A DNA stretch of 64,000 nt from Nemertoderma westbladi (Eukaryota > Animalia > Xenacoelomorpha). Below the pieces are notes generated by a model, which did no database searches, was not told the origin of the DNA, and saw only the letters and a program-made list of their open reading frames with translations. Below are positions 51,513 to 62,984 of the stretch, piece by piece. Both the position numbers and the translations under genes were made by a program. The stretch is from the NCBI GenBank assembly GCA_032718475.1, contig JAUCBJ010006670.1:20257-84256 (forward strand), written 5' to 3'. Positions within the stretch are counted from its first letter, which is position 1, and each line of letters begins with the position of its first letter.

Positions 51513-52620
51513 GGATCTAGGACACTTCCCCCCCGGACACTTCCCCCCCGGACACCTCCCCCCCGGACACTTCCCCCCCGCCCAAGTAGGACACTTCCCC
51601 CCCGGACACTTCCCCCCGGACACTTGCCCCCCGGACACTTCCCCCCCAGTTAAAGTGTTAAAATTAATCTGGGTGCATCAAAGCAACAAACAAAAGTTAA
51701 AGATGGTTACAGGACAAGTTGTATCTAGACAAGTTTTTTCAAAATTATAAAAGAAACATTTTTATAGTCAAATTTTGTTTGTTTTTCTTTTAATTCTTTT
51801 AATTTCTTTTAATTGGGGGCTGCCGCCCCCAAACCCCCGCTTCTTTTCTTGGGGGGTGCCGCCCCTAACCCCCGCTTCTTTTCTTGGGGGTTATCGCCCC
51901 CAGACCCCGGCACTTCCCTGAGTGCCCGTGGTGAAAGACTTAAGACCACTTTGAAGTAATTAATTCATGTTTGTATCATCAGATAATAAATTGAATAAGC
52001 CTAAAGTAGGAGCTGTATTGAATGTTAACCAATTTAATATATAAATTACTACAATATTATATAATTCAACAAAATCCTATTAAAAATATTGCAAGTAACC
52101 AGGAAATTTAATATATAGTGTGTATAATATCTATATAGTATGTATAGTAGTAATATATATATCAATATGTAATGCTGAACACAGAATACAGGTCGACGCA
52201 TGTCGATTTTACCCTGGAGAGGTATAATTTTGATTGCAACAATAATATTCATCCCCATCTGCTACAATTTGAAGAAGACTATTACATAATATTACCTATA
52301 ATTAAAACAATTAATTATTATAATTCTATAGTTAATAAACACAGTATATCATTCCGGGGATGGAATTTTTAGGTCATCTAATATAATTAATTGTTTAAAG
52401 ATTAGCAAACAATTCGATGTAATGGATACAACTTATCTGGATACAAGCGGTCCGTTTACCTTACAAAATGAAAAATACGAATGTGCGAAGTTAAGAACAG
52501 TCGGGGGGAAGTGTCCGCGGGGGGGAAGTGTCTGGGGGGAAGTGTCCGGGGGGGAAGTGTCCTACTTGAGCGGGGGGGAACTGTCCGGGGGGGGGGGGGG
52601 GGGGGAAGTGTCCGAACACC
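51513..52620 (-). mobile_element. Same DNA transposon family, copy 2, inverted
   Basis: Reverse complement of copy 1 along its length; 8-bp direct flank AGTACTAC at 51505-51512 and 52621-52628. Confidence 0.85.
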
Positions 52621-52817
52621 AGTACTACATTTTCATTGGACACACTAAAGGCTATCATTGCAGGAAATATATATTAGCTTCCTGGGATTGGAATGCAGCT
52701 CCAGCCATATTATTACTATTATACTACACATTGCATACACAGGCGATTAATGCAGTAATGCTAGTAACCAATTAATAAATTAATTGGAGTTGAGCTGTTA
52801 ATGCAACTGTAATTAAA

Positions 52818-53027
52818 GATGTAATATTATGGTTTTGTTCAGAAAAGACAAGCCTGTTCGCTTTTAGACTGCCTGTTCAATAGAAGTGGATTAGGTGCAA
52901 GTGGCTGAGCTGGTTAGCGCTACTGATGAGGCCTGATATGCTGAAACATAGGCATAGCGCTGGTTCAAGCCCCGGTGACGCGATTTCTCATTTTTTCAAT
53001 TTCTGAACAAAACCATAATATTACATC
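52818..53027 (+). mobile_element. Short element with 28-bp perfect TIRs enclosing a tRNA-like (A/B box) core and a hammerhead-like motif
   Basis: TIRs 52818-52845 and 53000-53027; A box 52902-52913; B box 52962-52972. Confidence 0.7.
52914..52963 (+). ncRNA. Minimal type I hammerhead ribozyme-like motif (one core substitution)
   Basis: Stem I TTAGCGCTA/TAGCGCTGG, CTGATGA, stem II GGC/GCT, GAAA, minimal stem III; cleavage triplet GCA rather than GUH. Confidence 0.55.
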
Positions 53028-53882
53028 AGTAACCAATTGGGCATATGTACAAACAAAGAGCAAACATTCACTTTTCACCTTTCCTGATAATTGTTGTATA
53101 CGGAATGAATTTAGAATTATTTAAAATTTATATTTGCATAATTGTACCACTATTTTGCAATAAATATGGTTCCTATTTAACACACAAGGTGGCATCCTCT
53201 GCCGATTTCTAATATTATATTAAGATGAAAAATACAAGTCACTAAAAGAGTCAGATCTGAAATACAAAAACTTGCGATTTTTGCACTTTCAAACCATATT
53301 AATTGGCCACTTTGCAGGCAAAAAAGTTTAACAAATGTTAAGATTATATTTCTAAATCACTCCGAAACAGGCAATAATATTCAACATTCTACCATGATTA
53401 GAACACGAAATATCGATTATTATCAATTTCAATATTTGCACAACATTAATTTGTACTTATTTTTGCAATTAGTGTACTTTTCAAATGTTGTTTACTAAGA
53501 ACCAGAGTTAGAAATGTTTGAAATAAGTTAAAGGAAAATATTGAAATCTTAAACACGCCATCTAGTGGTAAAAAGTAGTAATGTACAATTGTACATATGA
53601 TTTAAATGAAATATTGACTTTTTTGCAAATTCCCCTATTTCCACGGATTTTGATGTATCATCGGTTCTGGTGGCCCTAATTTGAAAAAGTTATATATTCT
53701 TGGGGCTAATTGTTTCGTCTTTCTTTGAGATTGGTTTCACTACATGTCCTATCAAGGGCTACTGTAACGAATCTACTATATGCCCTGACCTGCCGGAGCC
53801 GAGAATGCTTAACCTTGACAAGGCAGTTTCGTTGGCACTTAATCCCTGCGGAATTTGGAGCATAGTTGCTGTAGATGATATG

Positions 53883-54254
53883 AGAGGCGTTGCGAGCCCT
53901 TAAGGCGCCCCCCCCCCCCCCCCCCTCAATAATTTACAACTTTTCAGTATGACGTTTTTTTTTCTTAAGTATTATATCTAACAGTATAAATAACAATATC
54001 AAATCTACTTATTATACACTAGTTTGATGTTGTGTTATAAAATAAATATATTGAATGGAACTTAAATGGCGAGCGAAGCGATCAGATAATTATTTTCCAC
54101 ATTTTTCGCTTATGACACTAATGTCCTGTATACTGTACTGTATCACAATCCCTGACTTTTCACTGATTTGTCCTATTTTTACAAGAATTCCCCGACATTT
54201 CAGCGCCCTTGGGTGAGTGCCCCCAGGGGAACGTCCCCCCTCGCTACGCCTCTG
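53883..54254. mobile_element. hAT-like MITE remnant
   Basis: Termini AGAGGCGTTGCGAG / CTCGCTACGCCTCTG. Confidence 0.45.
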
Positions 54255-54339
54255 GCTCGATAGCGGGAGGCCATGGCGCCGTATATTGACGACATACAAA
54301 GGTATCAACAAGTAGTATTTCCAGGCCTACCTTTTATCT

Positions 54340-54430
54340 GAGCCGCTAGCTCAATGGTTAGAGTGTCAGACTTAAGGTCACCAGTTCGATCCCACCGGGA
54401 TGTCATTGCCGACTTTGCAAAAGCTGTGCC
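54340..54430 (+). mobile_element. tRNA-derived SINE fragment
   Basis: A box TAGCTCAATGG, B box AGTTCGATCCC; truncated central arm. Confidence 0.5.
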
Positions 54431-54530
54431 CAACGAAAGTTATAATATACATAATGGCATAACACGGTATAGAATATAGCCGAATGGCCTCGCACGATAA
54501 ATCATGAAATAAATGATCAGTTACACTAAC

Positions 54531-54638
54531 CTTATCTCCAAGGTTACTGGGGCTAATTATTTTAAAGAATGGTGATTCGTCGTGAGTCACTTTAACAAGT
54601 CGGGGAACTTTGTCGTTATTTCGTAAAATCAGCGGCAC
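54531..54638 (-). CDS. HYDIN: HYDIN exon 3 (VPLILRNNDK...NLGDK)
   Basis: Acceptor TTTTTAG, donor GTTAGT, 108 nt. Confidence 0.93.
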
Positions 54639-55541
54639 CTAAAAACGACAGAAGAAATCAGTGAAATAATAGGGGGCATAATCTGTTATAGATTCTCTCC
54701 ATACAAATAATACTGCTAAATCTACATACTTAATTAGGAGCCCGCTTGACACCGGGATACTTACTGTAAAAATCTCAGGGATACTTGCTGTAAAAATCTC
54801 AGGATATATAACACTGACTGACTGACTGACTGATAATTATCCAGGTTCAGGCACTTCCTGCCTGGCGATTTTGATGAAATTTTGCAAGTGCATTGCTTTG
54901 GTGGTTCAGATTATATGTGTTGTATTCGATATATTTAGTTTTTTGACATTATTTAGTCGCGAAATTAAAAGCAGTGGTAAAATAACAGCTGGTGTTCATG
55001 ATGAAATATGGCTTAATAATATGTTATACACAGTCATAGTAAAACGCGTGGTTGGTAAAAGTTTTACTAGTAGGCTATAAGGAAAGGCAATGTTTACTCA
55101 CACATAAGCTGTGGGTTTCTAATGTATTACCCCATAAGGGACTGGCCCAGGGGAAGTTGGACGCAAATAACAGATGATTACTCTCAGAAATAAAACTGTA
55201 CACCTGTTCTATTGTGTTTAGTTTATTGTTTTGGTTAAAATAACGTGCCACTGTAACCTGCTTCTTTCCCTAAATTGAGAATTTAACATTGAGGCGGGAT
55301 ATTAATTCGCCGAGATGGCAAGCCCCCCCCCCCCCCCCCTGTCTCGAATTTCGCTGTGGAATATATAGTAATAGTAAGTGTAGGCAGAGGAACTGTTAAC
55401 AGAGGTTCTGTATTTTAAACTACTACTAGGATCGGCATGCTGCATTGCAGCTGCATTTTTAAGAATGCTGTGCCGGCTATTTTAAACTACTAAATATATA
55501 AGCAGAAACTATTTATAGATTTCTGAAAATAAGTAACAAAC

Positions 55542-55757
55542 CTCGTACGTGACACCGCATTCGTAATTTAGGAAACGAATTTCGCTAGGAAATGGTTGAA
55601 ATAGGGGTGCTTCTAAGCCAATATGGGAATATTTTTGATAAGATTGGTCTGACATGTCCAGCAGTTCTACAACATGGGGGAGTCTCATACTGTGAGTTTC
55701 ATTTAAGTTGTCCTCAGTTGTCATCAACATTAGTTGCATGTAATGCGAAGGTTTCCA
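55542..55757 (-). CDS. HYDIN: HYDIN exon 2 (WKPSHY...LFQPFPSEIRFLNYECGVTYE)
   Basis: Acceptor TTTACAG, donor GTTTGT, 216 nt; ELLDM and LFQPFPSEI motifs. Confidence 0.93.
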
Positions 55758-55999
55758 CTGTAAATGAAATAATAGTGGTATAATAGGGCGGTCATAAGGG
55801 GAGGGGGGTGTGGATCCCGTAGATATCAGGAAAATTTACGCGACTTTATTAACACACCCAACGTCTAGAGCGACCCGATTTTTAAAATATGTGGTAACGA
55901 AAATTTGTTACATCAAAGCCTAAATTGGGGGGTTGTGCGTGGATGGTAGCGGGGTCCCTGATTTACAACGACACGATGGTGTATTCTAACGTTAAGGAA

Positions 56000-57200
56000 T
56001 AAATAATAGTAATATGAAATTTGTAAAGCGGACTTTCTATAGTAACCTAAAGTTATAAAAGTTCAAATGCGCTGCAGCTGGGTTCAGGGAAATGCCTTGT
56101 TGAAAAAATGTGTTTTTATTTCCTTTTTGTAGGCTGCAAGTGAGTTATCGATGCTAAGACTGTGTGGTAAACTATTAAACGTGGGTGCAGCATAAGAAAA
56201 CGCGCGATCACCGAACGACTTGTAGAAGGTTAATGGTGTGATGGTAACCAGTGAAGTTCCCGTCATAGCGGAGTTACGTGACCTTTCGCTGATTTCCTGA
56301 ACACGAGACGGGCGCAGCTCTGTTTAATATCAATTGCAATCGTCGAATGAAATTATCCGACATTCCATAAAGTAACGAATTACAGTCTCCGTATAATTTC
56401 GACAGTATTTCCTGATCCTAGAGATTTTGCAATTAGTAGTTCCGTGATTTGACAACTATTAACACATGTTTCCCCATATTTATTTTATTATTGAAGAAGC
56501 AACCCAGCGTCTTCAAGTTGTCCACTGGACAAACAAAACAACCTTGTCTTGTCACTATTTAGCATCAAGTTTGTATAAGTTTGTTTGTATCCAGTTTTCC
56601 AAGCAATTAAGCTTTGTTATAAACTTTGAAGTAATAGTGCTTAATTCGTAATCATCAAATATGAAGTAGAGCTGGTATCGTGTTCATAAATATGTAAGTT
56701 CAAACTAAGATAAATGCAGAGTTCCGCTAAAGGGATAGTGTAGACAAGGTATAGTGTGCCTGTGTGTGAGAGGGATAGTGTAGAGACAAGGTAGATCAAC
56801 GTGCCCAACAATGATCCCTGGTGCAATACTGTGTCAAGACGCACCAACCACGAACGCACGCCGTTTATTACAACCCAATAAGCTCTATCGGATAAATATC
56901 TCTTAAACCAGTCCAGTACGAGTCCGCGGATGCCGATGTCCTTTAAGCACAGTAACATTCAATCGACTGATCAAGTAGCACAAACGCGACCATTTTCTTA
57001 TTGTCTAGAGCTGTGGAGTATGTCATTATTAATTCGTGTAAGGGCAGCCTCTGTGGAGTGAAATTTTCGATATCACGACATATACTTTGACAATCGCGAT
57101 TTCCGTCCATATGTTCAACTAACAGATTTCTCACATAGATTAGATGCAAACTCTGAATTTGACGCAGACCGGAAATTAGTTTTTACTTCTCGATCTAGTG
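56000..57200 (-). mobile_element. Degenerate, 5'-truncated L2/CR1-clade LINE (reverse transcriptase remnant)
   Basis: Broken-frame peptides: LDNKKMVAFVLLD, GIRGLVLDWFKRYLSDR, QGSLLG, HIYEHDT (decayed YADD), FGDRAFSYAAP...NSLP. Confidence 0.85.
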
Positions 57201-57780
57201 TAGGTCTCTTGAGTAGCGGCTTTACAGAAGTTGTTTTCCATTGCCTGGGAAATCACCTTCGCTTAACGACTGATTCGCCATCTTAGTTAGTGTTGGTGCT
57301 AGTTTAGTAGTTAGTTTAGTAGTTAGTAACTAATAACTATTGAAGTAAGATAAGTAGGCAAACGGTAAACAAAGAATCTAACACTTAGCATACAACTGCT
57401 ATCATCTACACTAAGAATAATGAGGAAAAAACATACTCAAGAAACGTTCCAGAAGTTTATTGTTTACAAAATATTGATTTACTCTGCATAATTAAGCAGG
57501 GCTAAAATGGTTATAAAGTATTTACCAAAATGCACTAAAAAATAATAATATTAAATTTACATTTGAGACAGTTAGAGCAGGAAGTGTAATTAGTACAAAC
57601 TACAAAAATAAAGAGTCACAATAATTAAAATTTAGTGAATATTTAAAAAAATATGTACAACAATACTGTATTATAGTCTACTACAACATTGGTAGGCCAA
57701 CAGTACATATACCGGTATTTATTACGTCGGTACCGGTACCGGTATGGTATACCGTACTCCCTACTTCAATAATAACTAAC

Positions 57781-57957
57781 CTTGTCTGGCTGCGCTGGGG
57801 TGTCTGTTAGCCTTGGATTTTTTGGAGCGCTAACTTTAGTATCATACATCTTCACTTTTCCGGAAATCCCTCCAGCGGATCCCCTTGGGTGCTTTTTAGG
57901 GTAGAGGTGTGATAATGACATCGCACCAGCTCTCAGTTTACCGCCTTCGGTTGGCAT
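57781..57957 (-). CDS. HYDIN: HYDIN coding exon 1 (MPTEGGKLRAG...PAQPDK)
   Basis: ATG at 57957; KVSAPKNPRL resembles the HYDIN N-terminal KVxxPxxP; donor AAG|GTTAGT, phase 0, matches exon 2. The start codon choice is uncertain. Confidence 0.75.
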
Positions 57958-58699
57958 TTCGGTTACGGTTGGATTAGACCCAACAAACAAAATATACTCC
58001 TTCTGTGTCGTTGCCTGCTATTTATTCTACATTGCAGGCATGTGAATTCATTTAAATTTAATTATTTCAAGTTATTTCCAGTTATTTAATACAGTACTGA
58101 TATAATCAAAATTATAGCCAATTTCGACCTGCTTACACCGGTAAAATAAAGATTTACTATATGGCTTTGGGATACGCATAGCACACGTTGTGTTTGTGCT
58201 ACCGGGTCCCAGGGCCAGATGTATGCATATGCGAACTAAGGGCCTCCAACAACAAAGGACCTGTAGCAAAGTGCCAGGAAAATATTAAAAATTACCTAGA
58301 GTTAACATACCGGTAGGTCTTAAAAATTTAAAACAAATTTGAATAATATAAATATATAAATCCTATTATATATGATGTAAGGGGCTTCCCATAAAGTTAT
58401 GGCCTAGGGCAGGGCCCCCCATAATCGAAATCCGGCCCGGCTGGGACCTACGGTACGGTAGGGAGATTTACTATCCATGTAACCGTGTGTGATCTGCTAA
58501 CAATATTATTATGCAAATACAGTACTATACTGTACTACAATTGCAATATCAGAATAGAGCATATAAAACAAGGATCTTGATATATAATATAATACAGAAA
58601 AAGGAACAGGCCTAAAACTACGGTACTACCGGTACAGTACTAGCAGAATGTGATATGGACTGCAGCATGTGTTAATCCGACATGGATCCGTTTATAGCG

Positions 58700-58712
58700 G
58701 GTGCCTAGCAAC
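58700..58712. promoter_or_regulatory. Candidate RFX X-box about 750 bp upstream of the HYDIN ATG
   Basis: GGTGCCTAGCAAC, one mismatch from GTTGCCTAGCAAC; ciliary genes are typical RFX targets. Confidence 0.4.
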
Positions 58713-58840
58713 TGTAGTTTATTTTGCAGTTTTAAATTTGGTAATAAATATTTACATAAAGTAAAATTATAGGTGAACGGGAAAATACGGAAGGGGTTAT
58801 ATTCTCTTAACATGTAACACAATGGAGTGTGATACTCTAA

Positions 58841-59316
58841 GGCCGGTGGCAAACAGAATACTTCAACCTTCAGCCTTCTACCTTTAAGTATAAAAAAACA
58901 GGGTGTTACACAGGATACTGCAATAATTGATACTTCTTCCAGCAACACAATATGTTTTCCCTAATACATATTCATTTATTTGTTTTATAGACCCCATTTT
59001 GCTTGAATCCATTCACTGGGCCACTTATTCCAATATCCGCACGCAAAGGTGCCGCCCAATTTATTTGCCGCCCGTTTTAACAGTCTTTATACAATACAGT
59101 AAACTACTGTAAAAAGTGATTTTGTTATTTTAAAACAGTATTAAAATTATTCATACTGGGATACAGGCATACCTGACCAGTGCAAATTCATAAAAATAGT
59201 TTCACTTTTAACTAGTATTCATACTTCAAGGATAAAAGAAGAGACATCCTCATTCTGCAATACTTGAAGGATGAAAACAATATTTGAAGGTTGAAGTATT
59301 CTGTCTGCCATCGGCC
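58841..59316. mobile_element. Tourist/PIF-Harbinger-like MITE
   Basis: About 32-bp TIRs GGCCGGTGGCAAACAGAATACTTCAACCTTCA (2 mismatches); TAA on both sides. Confidence 0.75.
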
Positions 59317-59967
59317 TAACTCCAAAATAAGAATGATACTATGAACTATCGAACACTTCTTTACCGCCTGTAGAAGCGAGGTTCCTCCTACTAAATCGCC
59401 GGGTTTTATGCTACGAATTTTGGTACAGTATGATTATGGTTAATGGATAGTTTGGTTAGAGCTGGGGTATTGTTAGGGTGGGTTTAGTGATTTTTGGGTT
59501 GGGTTAGAGTCGGGTTAGGGTTGGTTTAGAGTTAGGTTACGGTTGGGATGGATGGATTTAGTTTAGGGTTGAATTAACACATACTACTATAATCGGCCTG
59601 CTGCATTGAAGCTGCACTCTGCACATTGAGATGCTACGCTGGCTTAACAAAAATATTTTTGCCACCACCAGAGTTGGATTATTGTCTTTTCGTGTTGGAT
59701 TATAATTTGGTTATGGTTGGGTTAGGGGTGGATTAGAGTTAGGGTTGAGTGAGGGTGGTGTCATTGTAGTAAGCTAACTTACTAACTAAGCTAACTAATA
59801 TTATACACAATAATAAACAGCAAAATAATATAAATTATATAACAGGGAGGGTGTCAGAGTATTCAGAGACATTATTATTGTGTGATATTATTATAGTTTT
59901 AGAAATTAATTTTAAATTTACGACCCTTTATCATATAAATCTTAACACAACTTTATGTTTCTATGTT

Positions 59968-61326
59968 TTATGTGTTAAATAAATGTTCGCTATCGTTATC
60001 TTCGTCAAAGTCATCTTTGCAGATTTGCACATAATTTTCAGAGACTTTTGCGGATATGATTTCAAAAGCGGTAACCTCACTGAAGGTTTTTGTCTCAAGG
60101 TTGGAATGTTTTAACATCATATGCTCCATTGTGTATATTCTTCGACCCGCCTTGGAGTTCCTATACCGGCATTCTATACCGCCTATCGTGACCTTCCTAA
60201 TGGGATTCGCAATGATCATCCTTTCCAACACGGACTCCATCTGGGCGCTGAACATCATTCCATCAAACGATAATTCTAGAATATTTGTCGTCTCGAGGAT
60301 ATCAAGGATAGCGAGGGTCGCTTCCGTACCGAAACAGTTGCCACCAATAAGGAGCGTCGTCACTGATTGGTTGCTTTTCATGTGTTTGGCAAGAAACTTA
60401 GCTCCTCGATCAGTTATCCGATTGGACGAGAAATCGATTTCCTTTATATTATCGTTGTTCTTGATGACTTTCTTAATGAAGCTAATTAACCCATCATCAG
60501 CCATTCCATTCCACGCAAGGTTGACCGATTCAAGAGACATACTATCTCGCAACCCATTGTATAATAAGATACCACCCTTCGTAGTAATGTGGTTATAACT
60601 AAGATCCAAATGCTTCAAGACCGCGTTGTTCATTATTCCGGTTGCTATAACAGATAATCCTTTGCCTTCGAAGTTGTTTCTGCTGATATCTAAATGGGTA
60701 AGTCGCGTGTTGTTTCCAAGGAAATTCGCTAGATGCTGAGCGTCGATATCTTTAAGGCCGTTGTTTGCCAAATACAAATGAGTAATACCTTGGTTTGGTG
60801 CTAATAGATGGCATACGAACTTTAGTCCTGTGCCTCCCAATTTATTTGTCGATATGTTGAGGGTGGTGATAGAGTTAATGTTCTCTTTGAGAAAGTTGCA
60901 GATATAATAGGCGCCTTTAGAACCGATAGTATTATCCTCTAGGTTGAGAACTCGGGCCATGCGGTTGAACTTCAATGCTTCGCTAAATGCAAGTATTTCA
61001 GTGGCGTTGACGCTTTTGTACCTGAGATCTATAACCTCTTGATTGAATATGGTCATTCTCGATATGGGCGCGGTCCCGAGGTATTCGCAGACGCGCTTGT
61101 ATCGCTCCCAAGGTAGATGGTCGTCGGACCCCTTAAGGGTGGCCGAATCTAGAGATAGGTGTGCTAGAGAATTATCCCCAGACTGGATCGCTTTTAAACA
61201 GGATGCGGACGAATTGATTGTGTTATTTTCATCATTATTAGTACCAGCGTTATTAAAATTATTGGCTTCTATTTCTTTATTAACATCAATATCAATCTCA
61301 GTGGCATTATTATTGTTATTGTCCAT
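59968..61326 (-). CDS. Ribonuclease-inhibitor-type LRR protein, LRRC74-like, intronless
   Basis: 452 aa; about 28-aa LRRs (LxLxxNxI/L); the N-cap YKRVCEYLGTAPIS resembles LRRC74A/B as recalled. Confidence 0.8.
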   Translation of the reverse strand: MDNNNNNATEIDIDVNKEIEANNFNNAGTNNDENNTINSSASCLKAIQSGDNSLAHLSLDSATLKGSDDHLPWERYKRVCEYLGTAPISRMTIFNQEVIDLRYKSVNATEILAFSEALKFNRMARVLNLEDNTIGSKGAYYICNFLKENINSITTLNISTNKLGGTGLKFVCHLLAPNQGITHLYLANNGLKDIDAQHLANFLGNNTRLTHLDISRNNFEGKGLSVIATGIMNNAVLKHLDLSYNHITTKGGILLYNGLRDSMSLESVNLAWNGMADDGLISFIKKVIKNNDNIKEIDFSSNRITDRGAKFLAKHMKSNQSVTTLLIGGNCFGTEATLAILDILETTNILELSFDGMMFSAQMESVLERMIIANPIRKVTIGGIECRYRNSKAGRRIYTMEHMMLKHSNLETKTFSEVTAFEIISAKVSENYVQICKDDFDEDNDSEHLFNT

Positions 61327-62984
61327 ATTTTTGTAACTTGTTCTAGCTAAAGTTGAATAAAATTATGATAATTAATTTGTTTGGTTTCCATAACAGCAGA
61401 AAATTATACAATTTTCATCAACTTAAAGAACGTTTATGGACTATTTCACTACCACTCTTCCTGCCACTCGGTACCCGGTTCGAAATACCTTACTAATTTA
61501 GTAAAACTTACACAAAATTTGCCTGCCCCCAATTTTCCAATGATTGACATTATAAATTTGACAATATTAGCATGTAAACAGCAAGTTGTATTACGTTTGT
61601 AAGATATATAAATTTTTCTAAACATAACAAGTGCATATCAAAAATTTAGTTATAAACTTGACAAGTTTAAAAGGAGAATTAAACTTATTAAAATTGGTAA
61701 GTTTTCCCTATGTTTGTTGTGTATGGCGAAGGTTTCCTATTGGTTGGAATGTTTAGGGATCATGACACAGTCATACAGTACTGAGTACCACCTTGCCTGT
61801 CAGCCTGTACCTCTCAACCAGTACAGCAGCAGTCAGGCAGAACCAGTAGCTTCAGAACTGCTGAACTGTGTGATTTCAGTTTGCAGTTAGTTAGTGCTGC
61901 AGTGTACAGGTGTTACAGGTGTTGTCAGACAATCAGAGTAAGTTAGTGGCAATTGGTTACATTCCATAGGCAGATAGCGCAGTAGCGATAGGCCCTGCCC
62001 TACCGCCCCACCGCCACCACCATGCACCAGTACAGCATTACCAAACATTTATTGATTTATGTTATTCTACTGATTTATGTATATTCATATTATACAAGTT
62101 TTTGAAAAGTTTCACGTCTTCATATCAATCGAGCCCCCCTATCGACAGATCGATTCCGGCTCAATAGGCCTATCATTGACAACTAACAGCAAATCCGTCC
62201 ACAGCTTATTTTGGAGAAATGAATATTGTAGCTCTGGGTAGTCGCAATATGAATCCGACTACTTCAGCACTTAATCTGTTAATGGGGCTCTGATTGCGTG
62301 AAAGCTGTGGAATGATGCTGAACTTAGTAGGCCTAAAGGAATTCTTTTCCCAGTTAGAATGAGTTAAACGAAACACATTCCATTGGATCCTGTCAAGTCC
62401 GAAATCTTCCTCAATGTGTTGGTCAGTCGATTTAAACTGGATAAATATGACGACATGTATCTAATTCGTTCTTGTATTACTGCAGTTAATCAGCTGGGAT
62501 GCTAGCAATGGGAAACGTCGTTGCATGGCGGCCGTTCACCAGGGACAAGATAATGTCATCCGGGTCAAACAGTCAAATGTGTCACTCAGTTCAACACACG
62601 CAAATTGCGATCTAAGTCATATTTGTTCTTTACTAAAAATGAAATAATGAATTTGTATTTTTGAATATTGTTTATATTATTGTGCATAACAGTGGAACAA
62701 TGTATTGTCTTCTGGTCTTTGTAACTCATTTGTCCGAAATTCAATACTAGGCGATCTCGACTTATCCAATCTCCATGATCATTTGATACAGTGTTTACAT
62801 AGGAATGCGGTGAAAAATATTTTGTAGTGTACCATGCATCAGCAACAATGACCATGATTGAACACTGAGTAGGTGTTACTGCAACTGCTACGAGAAATGT
62901 TATGAATTTTAGTAATATCTGTAGGCCTATATCGAATAGCTGGCAAAACCAATAAATGGTGTTATTCTTTATGTTTTTATACCT

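Larger units (their letters stand above)
1..57957 (-). other. HYDIN: HYDIN gene span (5' portion; runs off the left window edge), 17 coding segments
   Basis: Exon peptides are colinear with the recalled HYDIN N-terminus (LFQPFPSEI, VPLILRNNDK, DFPDEINFSKCPVK, EGDIWP, GPTFHF, GEGPVV, VDFGCILN). All junctions are GT-AG with matching phases. Confidence 0.95.

Noticed and set aside
21720-54430. A/B-box sequences as functional tRNA genes
   Set aside because: No complete cloverleaf or acceptor stem; better explained as SINE heads.
59440-59760. TTAGGG-like tract as a telomere
   Set aside because: Highly degenerate and interstitial; more likely a transposon-associated simple repeat.
60056-60598. 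180-aa plus-strand ORF (likewise the minus-strand ORF 43235-43717)
   Set aside because: Antisense shadows of the LRR gene and RECQL5.
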